Origin: Candidatus Omnitrophota bacterium
Lineage (GTDB): Bacteria > Omnitrophota > Gorgyraeia > Duberdicusellales > 4484-171
DNA: 62,629 nucleotides
Assembly: GCA_024231025.1 (NCBI GenBank)
Contig: JAAEQW010000116.1
Span: forward strand, 1 to 62,629
Reading direction: 5' to 3'
The notes beneath the pieces are model-generated. The model saw only the letters and a program-made list of their open reading frames with translations, made no database searches and was not told the DNA's origin. Below, piece by piece: positions 50,691 to 62,200 of this stretch. Numbering within the stretch: position 1 is the stretch's first letter; every line of letters starts with the position of its first letter. The position numbers and the translations under genes were made by a program.

Positions 50691-50840
50691 CCTGCCTGCC
50701 GCAGGCAGGTATTAAGTTCGGAAAATCCGGCAAATCGAAACAAACTATAATGACCAAAATCCTAATTTCAAAAACAGAAATATTTAATAACAGTTTAGAG
50801 TTTTTGTCATTGGGATTTTGATATTGTTTTGAAAAGTTAA
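50691..50840. repeat. G+C hairpin plus degenerate family-A-like hairpin
   Basis: cctgcctgc/gcaggcagg (50691-50709). Then aaacaaactataatgaccaaaatcctaatttcaaaa faces ttttgtcattgggattttgatattgttttgaaa. Confidence 0.6.
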
Positions 50841-50844
50841 AAAG

Positions 50845-51807
50845 ATGATTAAAAAGATAATTGGATTTGTTTTATTATTCTGCATTTGTAACGGCTGTTC
50901 GCAGAGTCTGCATAAGAATAAGTTTGTGATTTCTGGAACTTATTTGGAAGTAATTTCTCCATATAGCCAGGCAGCATCAATTGTGCACAAAGAGTTTAAG
51001 CGGCTGAATAAAGTGTTTAATATTTACGATATTGATTCGGAAATCTCGCGTCTTAATCGCACCTATAACCAACCAGTCAAAGTATCTAATGAACTCATTG
51101 AGCTGATAAAGCTTTCTAAAGAAGTTAATCGTATTTCCGATGGAGCATTTGATATTAGTTGCGGAGTTTTGTTTAATTTTTGGAAGAGCATTATTAAAAA
51201 TGGCAGCATTGATAAATTCCCCACAACCGAAGAAATTGATAAATTAAAAGAGCTTTGTGGCATGCAATATATTGATATTAACGAAGATAACCAAACAATT
51301 ACTATCACAAAAGAGGGATTAAAAATTGATTTAGGTGCCATTGCAAAAGGGTATATGGTTGACTCAGCTGTTGAAATTTTAACTCATAATAACATCGACA
51401 GCGCTTTAATAAATGCCGGAGGAGATATCTATTGTTTAGGAAAAAACGGCTCACGCTCTTGGCAAGTTGGCTTAAAGGATCCATCAGGTTTAAGCGGGAT
51501 AATTGAGCAAGAAGCAATAGTGGATGAGGCAGTTGCTACTTCAGGAAATTATGAACAATTTTTTGAATATGAAGGTGTGGAATTCTCACATTTAATTGAT
51601 CCACGCACAGGATTTCCGGTTAAGCATTCAGCCAGTAGCGTAACAGTTATAAGTAAAAACTGCACAACCGCCGATAGCTTAGCTACCGCGTTTTTTGTTT
51701 TAGGGACGGATGGGGTGAGTGAATTTTTATCAAAAAATAGATCTACAATGCGAATATATTTTGTTAGCGGCAAGGGCGAAGATATGCATATTCAAATGTA
51801 CCGGTAA
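50845..51807 (+). CDS. apbE: FAD:protein FMN transferase (ApbE family) lipoprotein
   Basis: IDLGAIAKGY, ATSGNYEQFF and LIDPRTGFPV motifs; lipobox-like CNGC. Confidence 0.85.
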   Translation: MIKKIIGFVLLFCICNGCSQSLHKNKFVISGTYLEVISPYSQAASIVHKEFKRLNKVFNIYDIDSEISRLNRTYNQPVKVSNELIELIKLSKEVNRISDGAFDISCGVLFNFWKSIIKNGSIDKFPTTEEIDKLKELCGMQYIDINEDNQTITITKEGLKIDLGAIAKGYMVDSAVEILTHNNIDSALINAGGDIYCLGKNGSRSWQVGLKDPSGLSGIIEQEAIVDEAVATSGNYEQFFEYEGVEFSHLIDPRTGFPVKHSASSVTVISKNCTTADSLATAFFVLGTDGVSEFLSKNRSTMRIYFVSGKGEDMHIQMYR

Positions 51808-51812
51808 AAAAA

Positions 51813-52640
51813 ATGAATAAACGAACTGCCAATTCGATTAAAACCAAAAAGAGCAAGGTGGTTATGCTTACATGCTACGACTATGCTTTTGCTCATATTT
51901 TAGATGAAGCCGGTGTAGATATTTTGCTTGTTGGTGATTCGATGGCAAATGTTGTTCTGGGTCTTGAGGAGACAAGAAAAATTAGTATTAAAGAAATGCT
52001 AAACCATACAAAAGCAGTTGCGTTGGGTAGTAAGGAAGCGATGGTTGTTGGTGATATGCCGTACGCTGCTTATCAAAAGAATCCTAAAAAATGTGTTTAT
52101 TACGCTAAGAAGTTTATTGAAGCTGGAGCCGACGGGGTTAAAATCGAATGGTTCAAAGAGTGCAAGTACGTTGTTAAAAGGCTAATTAAAAATAAAATAC
52201 CGGTAATGGGCCATATCGGTCTTACTCCTCAAACAGCGCACCTTTTGGGTGGGTTTAAAGTTCAGGGTAAAACTAAAAAATCAGCCCTGAATTTAATTAA
52301 GCAAGCTAAGATCCTTGAAGATTTGGGTGTATTTAGCTTGGTTTTAGAGTGCATTCCGCATCAGCTTGCCTCACATATTACCAAACAGCTAAAAATTCCC
52401 ACCATAGGCATTGGCGCGGGATCAGGATGCAGAGGGCAAGTGCTTGTTTTATATGATTTTCTCGGTCTTTATAAGCGAATTAGGCCAAAATTTGTAAGGG
52501 TTTATAAGGATCTTTCCATTCAAACCAGTGACGCGGTTCGTCAGTTTAGTAATGAAATAAACAACGGTAAATTCCCCAATATTTCCGAAAGCTTCTCTAT
52601 GGACGCCACCCAATGGCGCCACCTACGCAAAGAACTCTAA
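51813..52640 (+). CDS. panB: 3-methyl-2-oxobutanoate hydroxymethyltransferase
   Basis: MLTCYDY, LVGDSMANVVLG and GHIGLTPQ motifs. Confidence 0.92.
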   Translation: MNKRTANSIKTKKSKVVMLTCYDYAFAHILDEAGVDILLVGDSMANVVLGLEETRKISIKEMLNHTKAVALGSKEAMVVGDMPYAAYQKNPKKCVYYAKKFIEAGADGVKIEWFKECKYVVKRLIKNKIPVMGHIGLTPQTAHLLGGFKVQGKTKKSALNLIKQAKILEDLGVFSLVLECIPHQLASHITKQLKIPTIGIGAGSGCRGQVLVLYDFLGLYKRIRPKFVRVYKDLSIQTSDAVRQFSNEINNGKFPNISESFSMDATQWRHLRKEL

Positions 52641-52681
52641 AAAAGGGGTCAGGTCTAATCCGTACCAGGTGCCAATTAATT

Positions 52682-52743
52682 ATAGACCAAAGACAATAGA
52701 CCAAAGACAATAGACCAAAGACAATAGACCAAAGACAATAGAC
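52682..52743 (+). repeat. Tandem 14-bp repeat (atagaccaaagaca x4.4), family-C words
   Basis: Four perfect units at 52682-52737 plus a partial atagac. No spacers, so not a CRISPR array. Confidence 0.95.
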
Positions 52744-52790
52744 TCCCGCCTTTGGCGGGACAGACGCCGACTAAAGGCCAAAGAGTGGCT
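52744..52790 (+). repeat. G+C-rich palindromic element (tcccgcc-ttt-ggcggga + cagacgccgac)
   Basis: gactcccgcctttggcgggaca is identical over 22 nt to 53911-53932 inside the giant ORF. Confidence 0.85.
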
Positions 52791-53113
52791 TGTTTTGATT
52801 TCTAAAAGAACGTCTGAAAACCGTAAGCGGGCATGGTTTTTTGACGATAGTCAAAAAGAGCGAAGGTTTGAAGCCGAGCGAAAGCCAGCCTCGCTGGGGC
52901 TGGATAAGCGGTTCTGGAAGAAACAAAACAAGACACGAGCAGGGGGTAGATTAGTCGCAGGTGAAAACTATTTTTACTTCTTGTTTTTATTTATTCTTGC
53001 TCAAAAGTATTCTGAACTTACAACTTACGACTTACAACATACGACTGAAATGTAACCGCTTACAAAAAACTCAATAAAATCAAGCATTTCTATGGCATTT
53101 ATCCCGATGAATA

Positions 53114-53122
53114 TGGTATAAA
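53114..53122 (+). promoter_or_regulatory. Possible extended -10 element upstream of the right giant ORF
   Basis: TGgTATAAA (53114-53122) with only a weak -35. Followed by an A/T-only tract (~53140-53178). Confidence 0.25.
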
Positions 53123-53209
53123 CAAGCGATACCTATTATTATTAATAATAATATTACTATTACTATTAATATATAGGGGCGGGTTTTAAAATCGTCCGTC
53201 ATAAAAATT

Positions 53210-56200
53210 ATGAGAAAAGGAACAACACATTTTAAAGCGATTGCCAGTTTTTTGGCTACTGCAATATTTCTTTCTAGCTTTGCTGTTTATTTTAGCCAAT
53301 TGACAACAAAAAGTTATGCGTCAGTCCTTCCTTATATGCCATCGCCAACAAAATTACTTAAAGTAAGCGATCAATTTAATTATCCGGTTTTATGTGGAAT
53401 AAAGTTTTATCCGCAGGATCCATTCAAATTTGATTTTGTTATTGATAAAAAAGATTCTAATATCGCTGACGGAGAGATTAAAGAAGAAGCCTTAAAGTTG
53501 ATAAGATACTTTTTGTCTTCAGTGGCAATTCCCGAGGATGACCTTTGGGTTAATCTGTCGCCTCATGAGGAGAATTCAGTTATTCCTCACGAACTTGGTT
53601 TAACCGATTTGGGAAAAGATATGTTAGGTGAAGATTATGTTTTAAAACAACTCATGGCGTCATTGGTTTATCCTGAGGAACCGGTTGGTAAGAAATTTTG
53701 GGAGAAGGTTTATGCTCGTGCGTATGAATTGTATGGAACCACTAATATTCCAATTGATACTTTTAATAAGGTTTGGATTGTGCCCAAAACAGCAGTGATT
53801 TATGAAAATGGTAATAGTGCTTTTGTTGGTAAAGCGCACTTGAAAGTAATGCTTGGGGAGGACTACGTTGCCCTTCGACGAGCTCAGGATTCTACACAGC
53901 AACATAGTCAGACTCCCGCCTTTGGCGGGACAAGTGCCGACGATAGATTCCCGCCAAAGACGGGACAGGCGCCGACCAAAGACCAGATAAACAATATTTC
54001 ATCTCAGATAATGCGCGAAGTGGTTTTACCGGTAATTGAAGAGGAAGTCAATCAGGGCGAGCACTTCGCTATTTTGCGCCAAATTTACCATTCTTTAATT
54101 CTTGCAACCTGGTTCAAACGCCGTTTACGGCGTTCAATTGACAGTCTGCGGGGACATGTACCGAAAGCGCAGGCCGAAGGCCGAGAACGGTACGTGTCCC
54201 CGGAAGCAAAGACTAACATCCTAGACAAAATATACATTGATCAGAAGAAGATCAAAGGCATCGAAGGCACGGATCCTCAAATAAAAGATAAAATCTACAA
54301 TCAATACTTAGAAGCTTATAAAAAAGGTGTCTATAACTACATCAAACGCGATTACGACCAGCCTTCAGGCAAGCACGTTAACCGCAGGTATTTTTCTGGT
54401 GGTATGGCAATGCGTATTTTATCAAATATGGAAGTTATAGAGATAGATGAAAACTCTACAGAAAGCATGCCAGTGCCTCAGGCTCCAGTCGGAGGCACTT
54501 TCAATTTACTTGGCGTGGGATCCGGCGGCATTCTTATGAGCCCACCGCCAATACCTCCTGTGCCACCATCAGGAACTCCGCCTGGTTCGCCTTCTGACGG
54601 TCCGCCAAGAGGCGAAGGCGTCATCGCTAGAGTGGAGCGGTTACTTGCAGCTGGTAATTACGAACAAGCAAAAAACATGGCGGTAGATAAAATCAAAACC
54701 AAGGAGATTAGGAGCAAAGAAAAAATTGATCAATGGATGTATAAAATGCTAGGAAGTGCTCAGTGGCCTTGTGCTCGAGCAATAGTAGATGAGGCAATAG
54801 GGGTGGGAATTTTTACTAAAAATGAGATTATCGAATGGGTGGATGAATTAGTAAGGGAAAAGCACATTGACCACGCTCACGTTGTTATGATTGGAGCAAT
54901 AGAGAAAAATATTTTGCCTGGCAATGATGCCGATAAAGAGAAAATTAAAAAATGGATTAGTGATTTGACAGCGGCAAGGCATCCCATCGATGTTGGTCTT
55001 ATTAATCGGGCAATAACGTTAGCAAATGCCTTCAACAAAGATGAAATTATAGTTTGGGTGAATGAATTATTGGCGGAAGGAAGAAAACATGAGGGTACCT
55101 CTTGTGATATTATAGTCGCGGCAATCGAGAAAAAGATTCTAACCGTCGAGGATAAATCAATAATCATAAAATGGTTAGATCCATTAATGGATCAAGGATT
55201 TATTGGTGCAATTTACTTTATTGTATCTGCTGCAATAGAACATGATGTTTTTGATAACGAAGATGTTTCAGAGGCAATTCCAAAACTTGTAGGCGATGAA
55301 GATAGTGCAAAAAAACTCATCACCGAGTATTTCAATAAAAAAGGTTGGCTCCACACCGGTCTTAACCAAGATTGGGCGCAAGTGTTAGCAGGAGAAGACA
55401 TTGAAGAAAAGCTCAAAAACCATCACGATCAATATGTAGAAGTTATTCTAACCCCTGCCGGTGAAGAGCGCACTAAAGCGGCGATGGCCCTGCGGGAATG
55501 GTTGTATTTAGGTGGGAATAATAGCCCAACGCCGCTTACCAAGATTGAACTCGATATTGAGCTTCTTAATATGTACAAACTCCCTTGGGACGATTTCTGC
55601 GAAAAAAGAGCGCGCTTTGGTGATCGCATTTATGATGATCCGGCGGAAGTGGTTGCCGAGCTTATAGGGGGGCATGAATTTGGGGCCGAAGAACAAAAGC
55701 GGATTAGGTTTGTAGAATCGTATCTAGGCGGCAGAAGTTTTTCAGGAACAGTGGAGAGAATGACGGCAGAATATATTGTTGAGGGAAAGATTAAGAGCAA
55801 GGCAAAGATTTTTGAATGGATCGATCGGCTTGGGGATAACACTAGTGTGAAAAGTCTTGTCGATGCGGCCGTAAAAGCTGGAATTATTACATATGCAGAT
55901 AATGTCCGAGTTAAAGCCTGGGTGAACAGATTCTTAACTGACAGGAGATTTGTGGTTTCCTCATGTGACATTCTCCGCACGGCAATAAGGGCGAAGATTA
56001 TAACCAAGGAAGATAAATTAAAAGTTGAAGAATGGATCGACGAGTCTATAAGCCCAGGGAATAGTTTTCTGGTAAGTACTGCGATAACTGAGGCAATTGA
56101 TGGTGAAATTCTAGTTGACCAGGATAAGGAGAAAATTATTAAATGGGCCGATCAGATCGCAGGTTTGGACTACCATAAGGAAAAGGCAGGAGTTGCTCTT

Positions 56201-59200
56201 ATGGCAAAGGTGGGTGTCGAAAAAGAAATATTTAGCAAAAAAGACATTATTGCCTGGTTTGATCGATTGATAGCTGAAGCGCTTTGGGATTATGCCAGTG
56301 CAATTTCTCAGGCAGCGCGTAGTTGTGATCTTTACGATCGGCACGATGCCCTGGAAGCGATTGAGAAATTAAGAGGAGACGATCCAAGCCGGGGCGATCC
56401 AATTGTTTCTTATTTTTTCAATAAAGACATGTGGATCCATACAGGCATTAATGAAACCTGGGCGCAGGTATTGGGCGATCCGAAATTTGAGGAAATGATC
56501 CAAACTCCGCACAAGCAATTTGTTGGGTACCCGCGTGATATGTATAGAAAAGTGATTACTGCCACGGGCGAAGACCGTCTTTTAAAAGCGATGGCTCTAA
56601 GGGAGTGGATGTTCCTGGGAGGGCCTTTGAGTCCTAAGTCATTTCATGAGATTAAGATTGATCCAGTTTTGGTTGACCTCTATCGTTTACGCTGGGACGA
56701 CTTCTGCGAAAAAAGAGCGCGCTTTGGTGATCGGATTTACGATGATCCGGCGGGAGTGGTTGGTGAGCTTATAGCAGGGCACACATTCCCAGATGAGCAA
56801 GATGACCAGTCGCCACCACCATCCGCACCATCTTCGTTACCACCATCCTCAGATTCACCTGTAGTGAGCGAAGTCGAACTACCACAAGGAGGTTCTTCTG
56901 CGGAGGCTAAGCTTATTGTCGAGGTGGATCGGTTGATTGAGGAAGAGAATTTCGATGATGCAAAAAGATTAACAATAGATGGAATAAAGGATGGAACTAT
57001 TAAGGGTAAAACAAAAATTCGAAAATGGGTGAATCAATTGATAGAGAAAAATGCAATAACTCCTGCCAAGGCTATTGCAATCATAGCAATAGAGGCAAAG
57101 ATTTTTACTAAAGATGAGATTACAGAATGGATTGATGGACTATTAGCGAAAGGTGGAGTGGATGTGCGCGTTGTCAGTCCTATTACGTGTACGGCGATAA
57201 AAGCAAAAATCTTAACTCGTGACAACGAAGCGAAGATTGTAACATGGGTGGATGGGTTGGTAAATATAGGTGATAGGTATCTTGCTGGCCTTATCGTTGT
57301 TGCAGCAATCGAGGCAAATATTTTGACTGGTCAAAATAAACTAAAGGTTGAAGAATGGATAGATGAATTAATAAAGGAACGAATTAGGACCGACATTATA
57401 GTCGCGGCAATAAAATCAGAGATCTTAACCCGTGATGACAAACCAAAAATCATAGTATGGATAGATGAATTGGTGAAGAGAGAGGATGACGGAGAAGGTT
57501 GGGGTTATGCCTTTGATATCGCCGTCGCAGCAATAGAGTGCAATGTTCTTGACGGGGTTGATGCGTTGAATGTAATTTCAAAGTTTATAGGTAGTGAGTA
57601 TGAAGAAGAAGTGGGAGGTCTCGTTACTAAATTCCTTGATACTGGCAAATGGTTCCACACTGACGTTCCCCAAGATTGGGCGCGAGTTTTAGATTATCCC
57701 GAGATTGAGAACAGGCTCAAAAACCACTGTGACCAATATACCAAAATTATTCTGACCCCTGCCGGTGAAGAGCGCACTAAAGCGGCAATGGCCCTGCGGG
57801 AGTGGTTGTTTTTAGGTGGGGATGAAAGCTCCAAACCGATTGCAGATATTAAACTCGACATAGAACTCCTTAATATGTACAAACTCCCTTGGGAAAAGTT
57901 CTGCAAACAAAGAGTGCGGTTTAGTGATAATGATATCTATAACCGGCCTAAAGAGGTTGTTGCCCAGCTTGTGGGGGAGAATGCGTTTGAGGGCGGAGAC
58001 AATCCAGAATTAATCGCTAAGATCGATCGGTTGATTGCGCAGAATAAACATCAAGAAGCAAGAATTTTAGTAGTAGAAAAAATTGTAGATTGGGTTGATA
58101 AACTACTAGTAAAAGGAACAATGCACCATAGCGAAGCTATTGCCATTGCAGTAATAAAGCCAGGGGTTTTTACCGATAACGATAAAGGAAAAATTTTAGA
58201 GTGGATGGAACAGTGGAAAGAAAACCATATAAGAGGATTTCGTTTGATAAATATATCCCCAGTAATAGAAGCAAAGATTCTAACCCGCGAAAATGTATCA
58301 AAGATCATGGAGTGGATAGATTTGTTGATAGAAAAGGGAGATTGTTCTTCTGCTAAGGATGTCGCATTTGCAGCAATAGAAGGGAATATTTTCTATACGG
58401 CGGATGCTTTAGGAGTAATTTCAAAATTTACTCATTATAAGAAAGAGTTTGAAGCAAAACAATTTGCCACCGAATTTCTCGATAAGGGTCGATGGCTCCA
58501 CACCGGTCTTAACCAAGATTGGGCGCAAGTATTAATAGGGGCAAACATCGAAAAGAGACTAAAAGACCACCGCGATGAATATATAGAAGTTATTCTAGCC
58601 CCTGCCGGCGAAGAACGCACTAAAGCGGCAATGGCCCTGCGGGAGTGGTTGTTTTTAGGTGGGGACGAGAGATCTAAACTGTTTGCTGAAATTGAACTTG
58701 ATACAGAGCTTCTTGATCTTTACCGCTTACGCTGGGACGACTTCTATTATCAAAGAGCGCGGTTTAGCAATGACGATATCTATAATAATCCTAAAAAGGT
58801 TGTTACCCGGCTTGTGGAGGCGTATGTGTTTGAAAGTGATGAATCGCAGCTTATTATCGGAATTGATCGGTTGATTACACAGAAGAGATATCAAGAGGCA
58901 AGAATTTTAGCAGTTAAAAGAATTGCAGCAGGTGAAATTGCAGACAAAGAAAAGATTGTAGATTGGGTTAATAAATTGCTAGTGAAAGGAGCAAGAGCTC
59001 ACAGCGAAGCCATTGCCGTTGCAGCAATAAAGATAGAGATTTTTACTGAGAACGATAAAGGAAAAATTTTAGAGTGGATGGAACAGTGGAAAGAAAACCA
59101 CATAGGGGGATTTTGTTTGATGAGTGTACCCCCTGCAATAGAAGCGAAAATTTTAACTCGTGACAATAAAACAAGGATTATAGAATGGGTAGATTCGTTG

Positions 59201-62200
59201 ATAGAAAGAAGAGATTATTGTTCTGCCAAGGATGTCACATTTGCAGCAATAGAGGGGAATATTTTCTATGCGGCCGATGCTTTGGTAATTTTAAAACTTG
59301 TTCATTATAAAATAGAGTTTGAAGCAAAACAATTTGCTACCGAATTCCTCGATAAGGGCAAATGGTTCCATACCGATGTTCCCCAAGATTGGGCGCAGGT
59401 GTTAACAGGGGCAAATATCGAAGAGATGCTCAAAGACCACCGTGATCAATATATTGAAGTCATCCTAGCCCCTGCCGGCGAGCAACGCACTCTTCGTGCG
59501 ATGGCCCTGCGCGAGTGGTTGTACCTAGGTGGGAATGAGAGCCCTACAGCACTTAGCGATATCACTCTCGACCCAATCCTCATTGATTTCTACAAACTCC
59601 CTTGGGAAAAGTTCTGCAAACAAAGAGCGCGCTTTGGTGATCGGATTTACGATGATCCGGCGGGAGTGGTTGGTGAGCTTATAGCAGGGCACACATTCCC
59701 AGATGAGCAAGATGACCAGTCGTCACCACCATCCGCACCACCTTCGTTACCACCTCCTTCAGGCCCACCTGTAGTGAGCGAAGCCGAATTATCTCAAGGA
59801 GGTTCTTCTGCGGAGGCTAAGCTGATTACTGAGATTTACAGGTTGGTTGAGACAAGGGAGTATTCAGAAGCAAAAGATTTAGCGGTAAAAGGGATTAAGC
59901 GGGGAGATATCAATAATAAAGAGAAGATTCAAGAATTGGGTATTTGGTTAGCAAAAAAGACTCGATCGACTTCCATTTCAGTTGATGATATCTATCCCAT
60001 TACAGTTGCTGCAGTAGAAGCTAGAATTTTTAATCAAGATGAAATTATGGATTGGGTGGATGAATTTCGAAAAATAGATGATGCAACTGTAGCAAGCAAG
60101 ACTGCCCTTGCCGCAGTGGAAGCTGGAATTTTCAACACAGATGAAATTGTTAAATGGGTTTACAGGTTAACAGTAGAAAGAAGGGGGCAAGGGGGTGCGA
60201 TTGTTGCTTGTCATATGGTTGAGATGTTGATAATGGAGCGTAAACCCTTTAATAATAAAGAAATTATAGAATGGGTGGATATATTACTAGACGCAGAAAG
60301 TCTTTATATTTCTACTGCCATTGTGGTCAGTGCGATAAAAGCAAAGATTTTAACCAGTTACGACAAGACAAAGGTTATGGAGTGGTCGATGCGGTTTTCG
60401 CATGAATCACTCGATGGCAAGATAGTTACTAGCCCTATAGTGGTAGCAGCGATAAATGAGCACATTTTAACTAGCGACGATAAAACAACAGTTCTGGAAT
60501 TGATCGATAAAATAGCAAACGCAAGTAACGTTTTGGATACATTATCGCCTATAGCGGTAGCAGCGATAAATGAGCACATTTTAACTAGCGACGATAAAGC
60601 AACAGTTCTGGAATTGATTGATAAAATAGCAAACGAAAATGACAATTCGGATATATTGTGGCCCATGGTGGCGGCAGCGATTAATAAGCGCATTTTAACT
60701 AGCGACGATAAGGCAAAGGTTGTGGAATGGATTAATAAAAGATTGACCAAGAATGCAATTTTGATCGATCTTCCTTCTAACGAATTTGTCCTTGTGGCCA
60801 AAAAAGAAGAACTGTTTGATTCCAGTGATGTTTTATGGCTGGTTAATAAATATATTGAACATGGGCAAAGAGATCAAGCCATAGAATTCATCATTGAACT
60901 TATTAAAGAGAATCAATGGCTCCACACCGGTCTTAACCAGGATTGGGCGCAGGTGTTGGCAGGAGAAGACATTGAAGAAATGCTCAAGGGTCACCAAGAT
61001 CAATACGCCGAAGTCATTCTAACCCCTGCTGGTGAAGAGCGCACTAAAGCGGCGATGGTCCTGCGAGAGTGGTTGTACTTAGGTGGGGATGAGAGTTCCA
61101 AATCGCTTGCTGAGATTGCACTCGACATTGAACTCCTTGATCTTTATCGTTTGCGTTGGGGTGATTTCTGCGAAAAAAGAGCGCGCTTTGGTGATCGGGT
61201 TTATGATGAGCCGGCGGGAGTGGTTGAGGAGTTTGCCGGAGACCATGAGTTTGAGGGTGATGGAGGCAACCCAGAATTAGTTGCCGAAGTAGATCGATTG
61301 ATTGAGGTAGGGGAATACGAAGAAGCAAAAGATCTCACCACCAAATTACTTGATACTGGCAAATGGCTCCACACCGACGTTTCCCAAAACTGGGCGAAAG
61401 TGCTTGATGATCCAGTAGTTGAAGAGATGCTTAAGCATTACCGTGATGATTATGTGGCGATGATTCTTGCTCCGTCTACCGAGCGTCTCTCTCGGGCGAT
61501 GGCTTTAAAGGAAGCGTGTTACCTTCGGTCAATCGGCCAAGGCGAAAATCCTTCCGACATCAAACTCAGCCGCATCCTTGCACATTTCTACAAACTCCCC
61601 TGGGAAGAGTTTCATAAAGAGAGAATGCGCGATAGTAATAGTATTTATCATGATCCAGAAATGTGGTCTCTCGATATCGCGGATAAGTATGAATATGAGA
61701 GTAGTCAAGATATTCTAGGAGTAATTGCTGAAATTGACCGGATAGTTGCGAAGGAAAACTATAGAGAGGCGAGGATTTTAGCGGTAGGACATATAAAAGC
61801 TGGGAGAATTAATGATAAAACAAAGATTAAATTTTGGGTAGATGAATTGTTGGCTCAAACCGGTAGTTTACATTCTTCAACTAGCGGCAATGCAATCGCG
61901 GTTGCGGCAGTACAAGCAGATCTTTTTACTAAACGAGAAATCCAATCCTGGATAGATGAATTATTGGCTCGGAGTGATGTTGAGAGTACGGCAGGGTGTG
62001 CTCGTGACATTGTAGTTGATGTAATCGAAAGAGATATTTTTACTCAAGAATACAAAGAAGTCATTCAAGCTTGGGTAGGCATAATGTTAGATCGAAGGGA
62101 TGCATTTGGTGCACATGGCAGCTGGGGCATTACGAGTGCGGCAATAGAAAAGGAAATCTTCGGCGCGCCAGAAGTATTGCCGATAATCACAAGACTTCTA

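Noticed and set aside
52682-52743. Possible CRISPR array or other spaced repeat.
   Set aside because: The 14-bp units are directly abutting with no spacers, and no cas genes are present in the window. This is a simple tandem repeat.
52795-53055. 86-aa ORF upstream of the giant gene.
   Set aside because: TTG start without an SD and a basic, low-complexity translation. It ends in the word-repeat region, and nothing suggests coding.
53660-61328. Numerous 60-147-aa minus-strand ORFs (e.g. 55630..56007, 60358..60801) and the plus-strand ORFs 58659..58874 and 61083..61280.
   Set aside because: All lie antisense or out of frame within the continuous 53210-62629 reading frame. Their internal repetition mirrors the sense-strand repeats.
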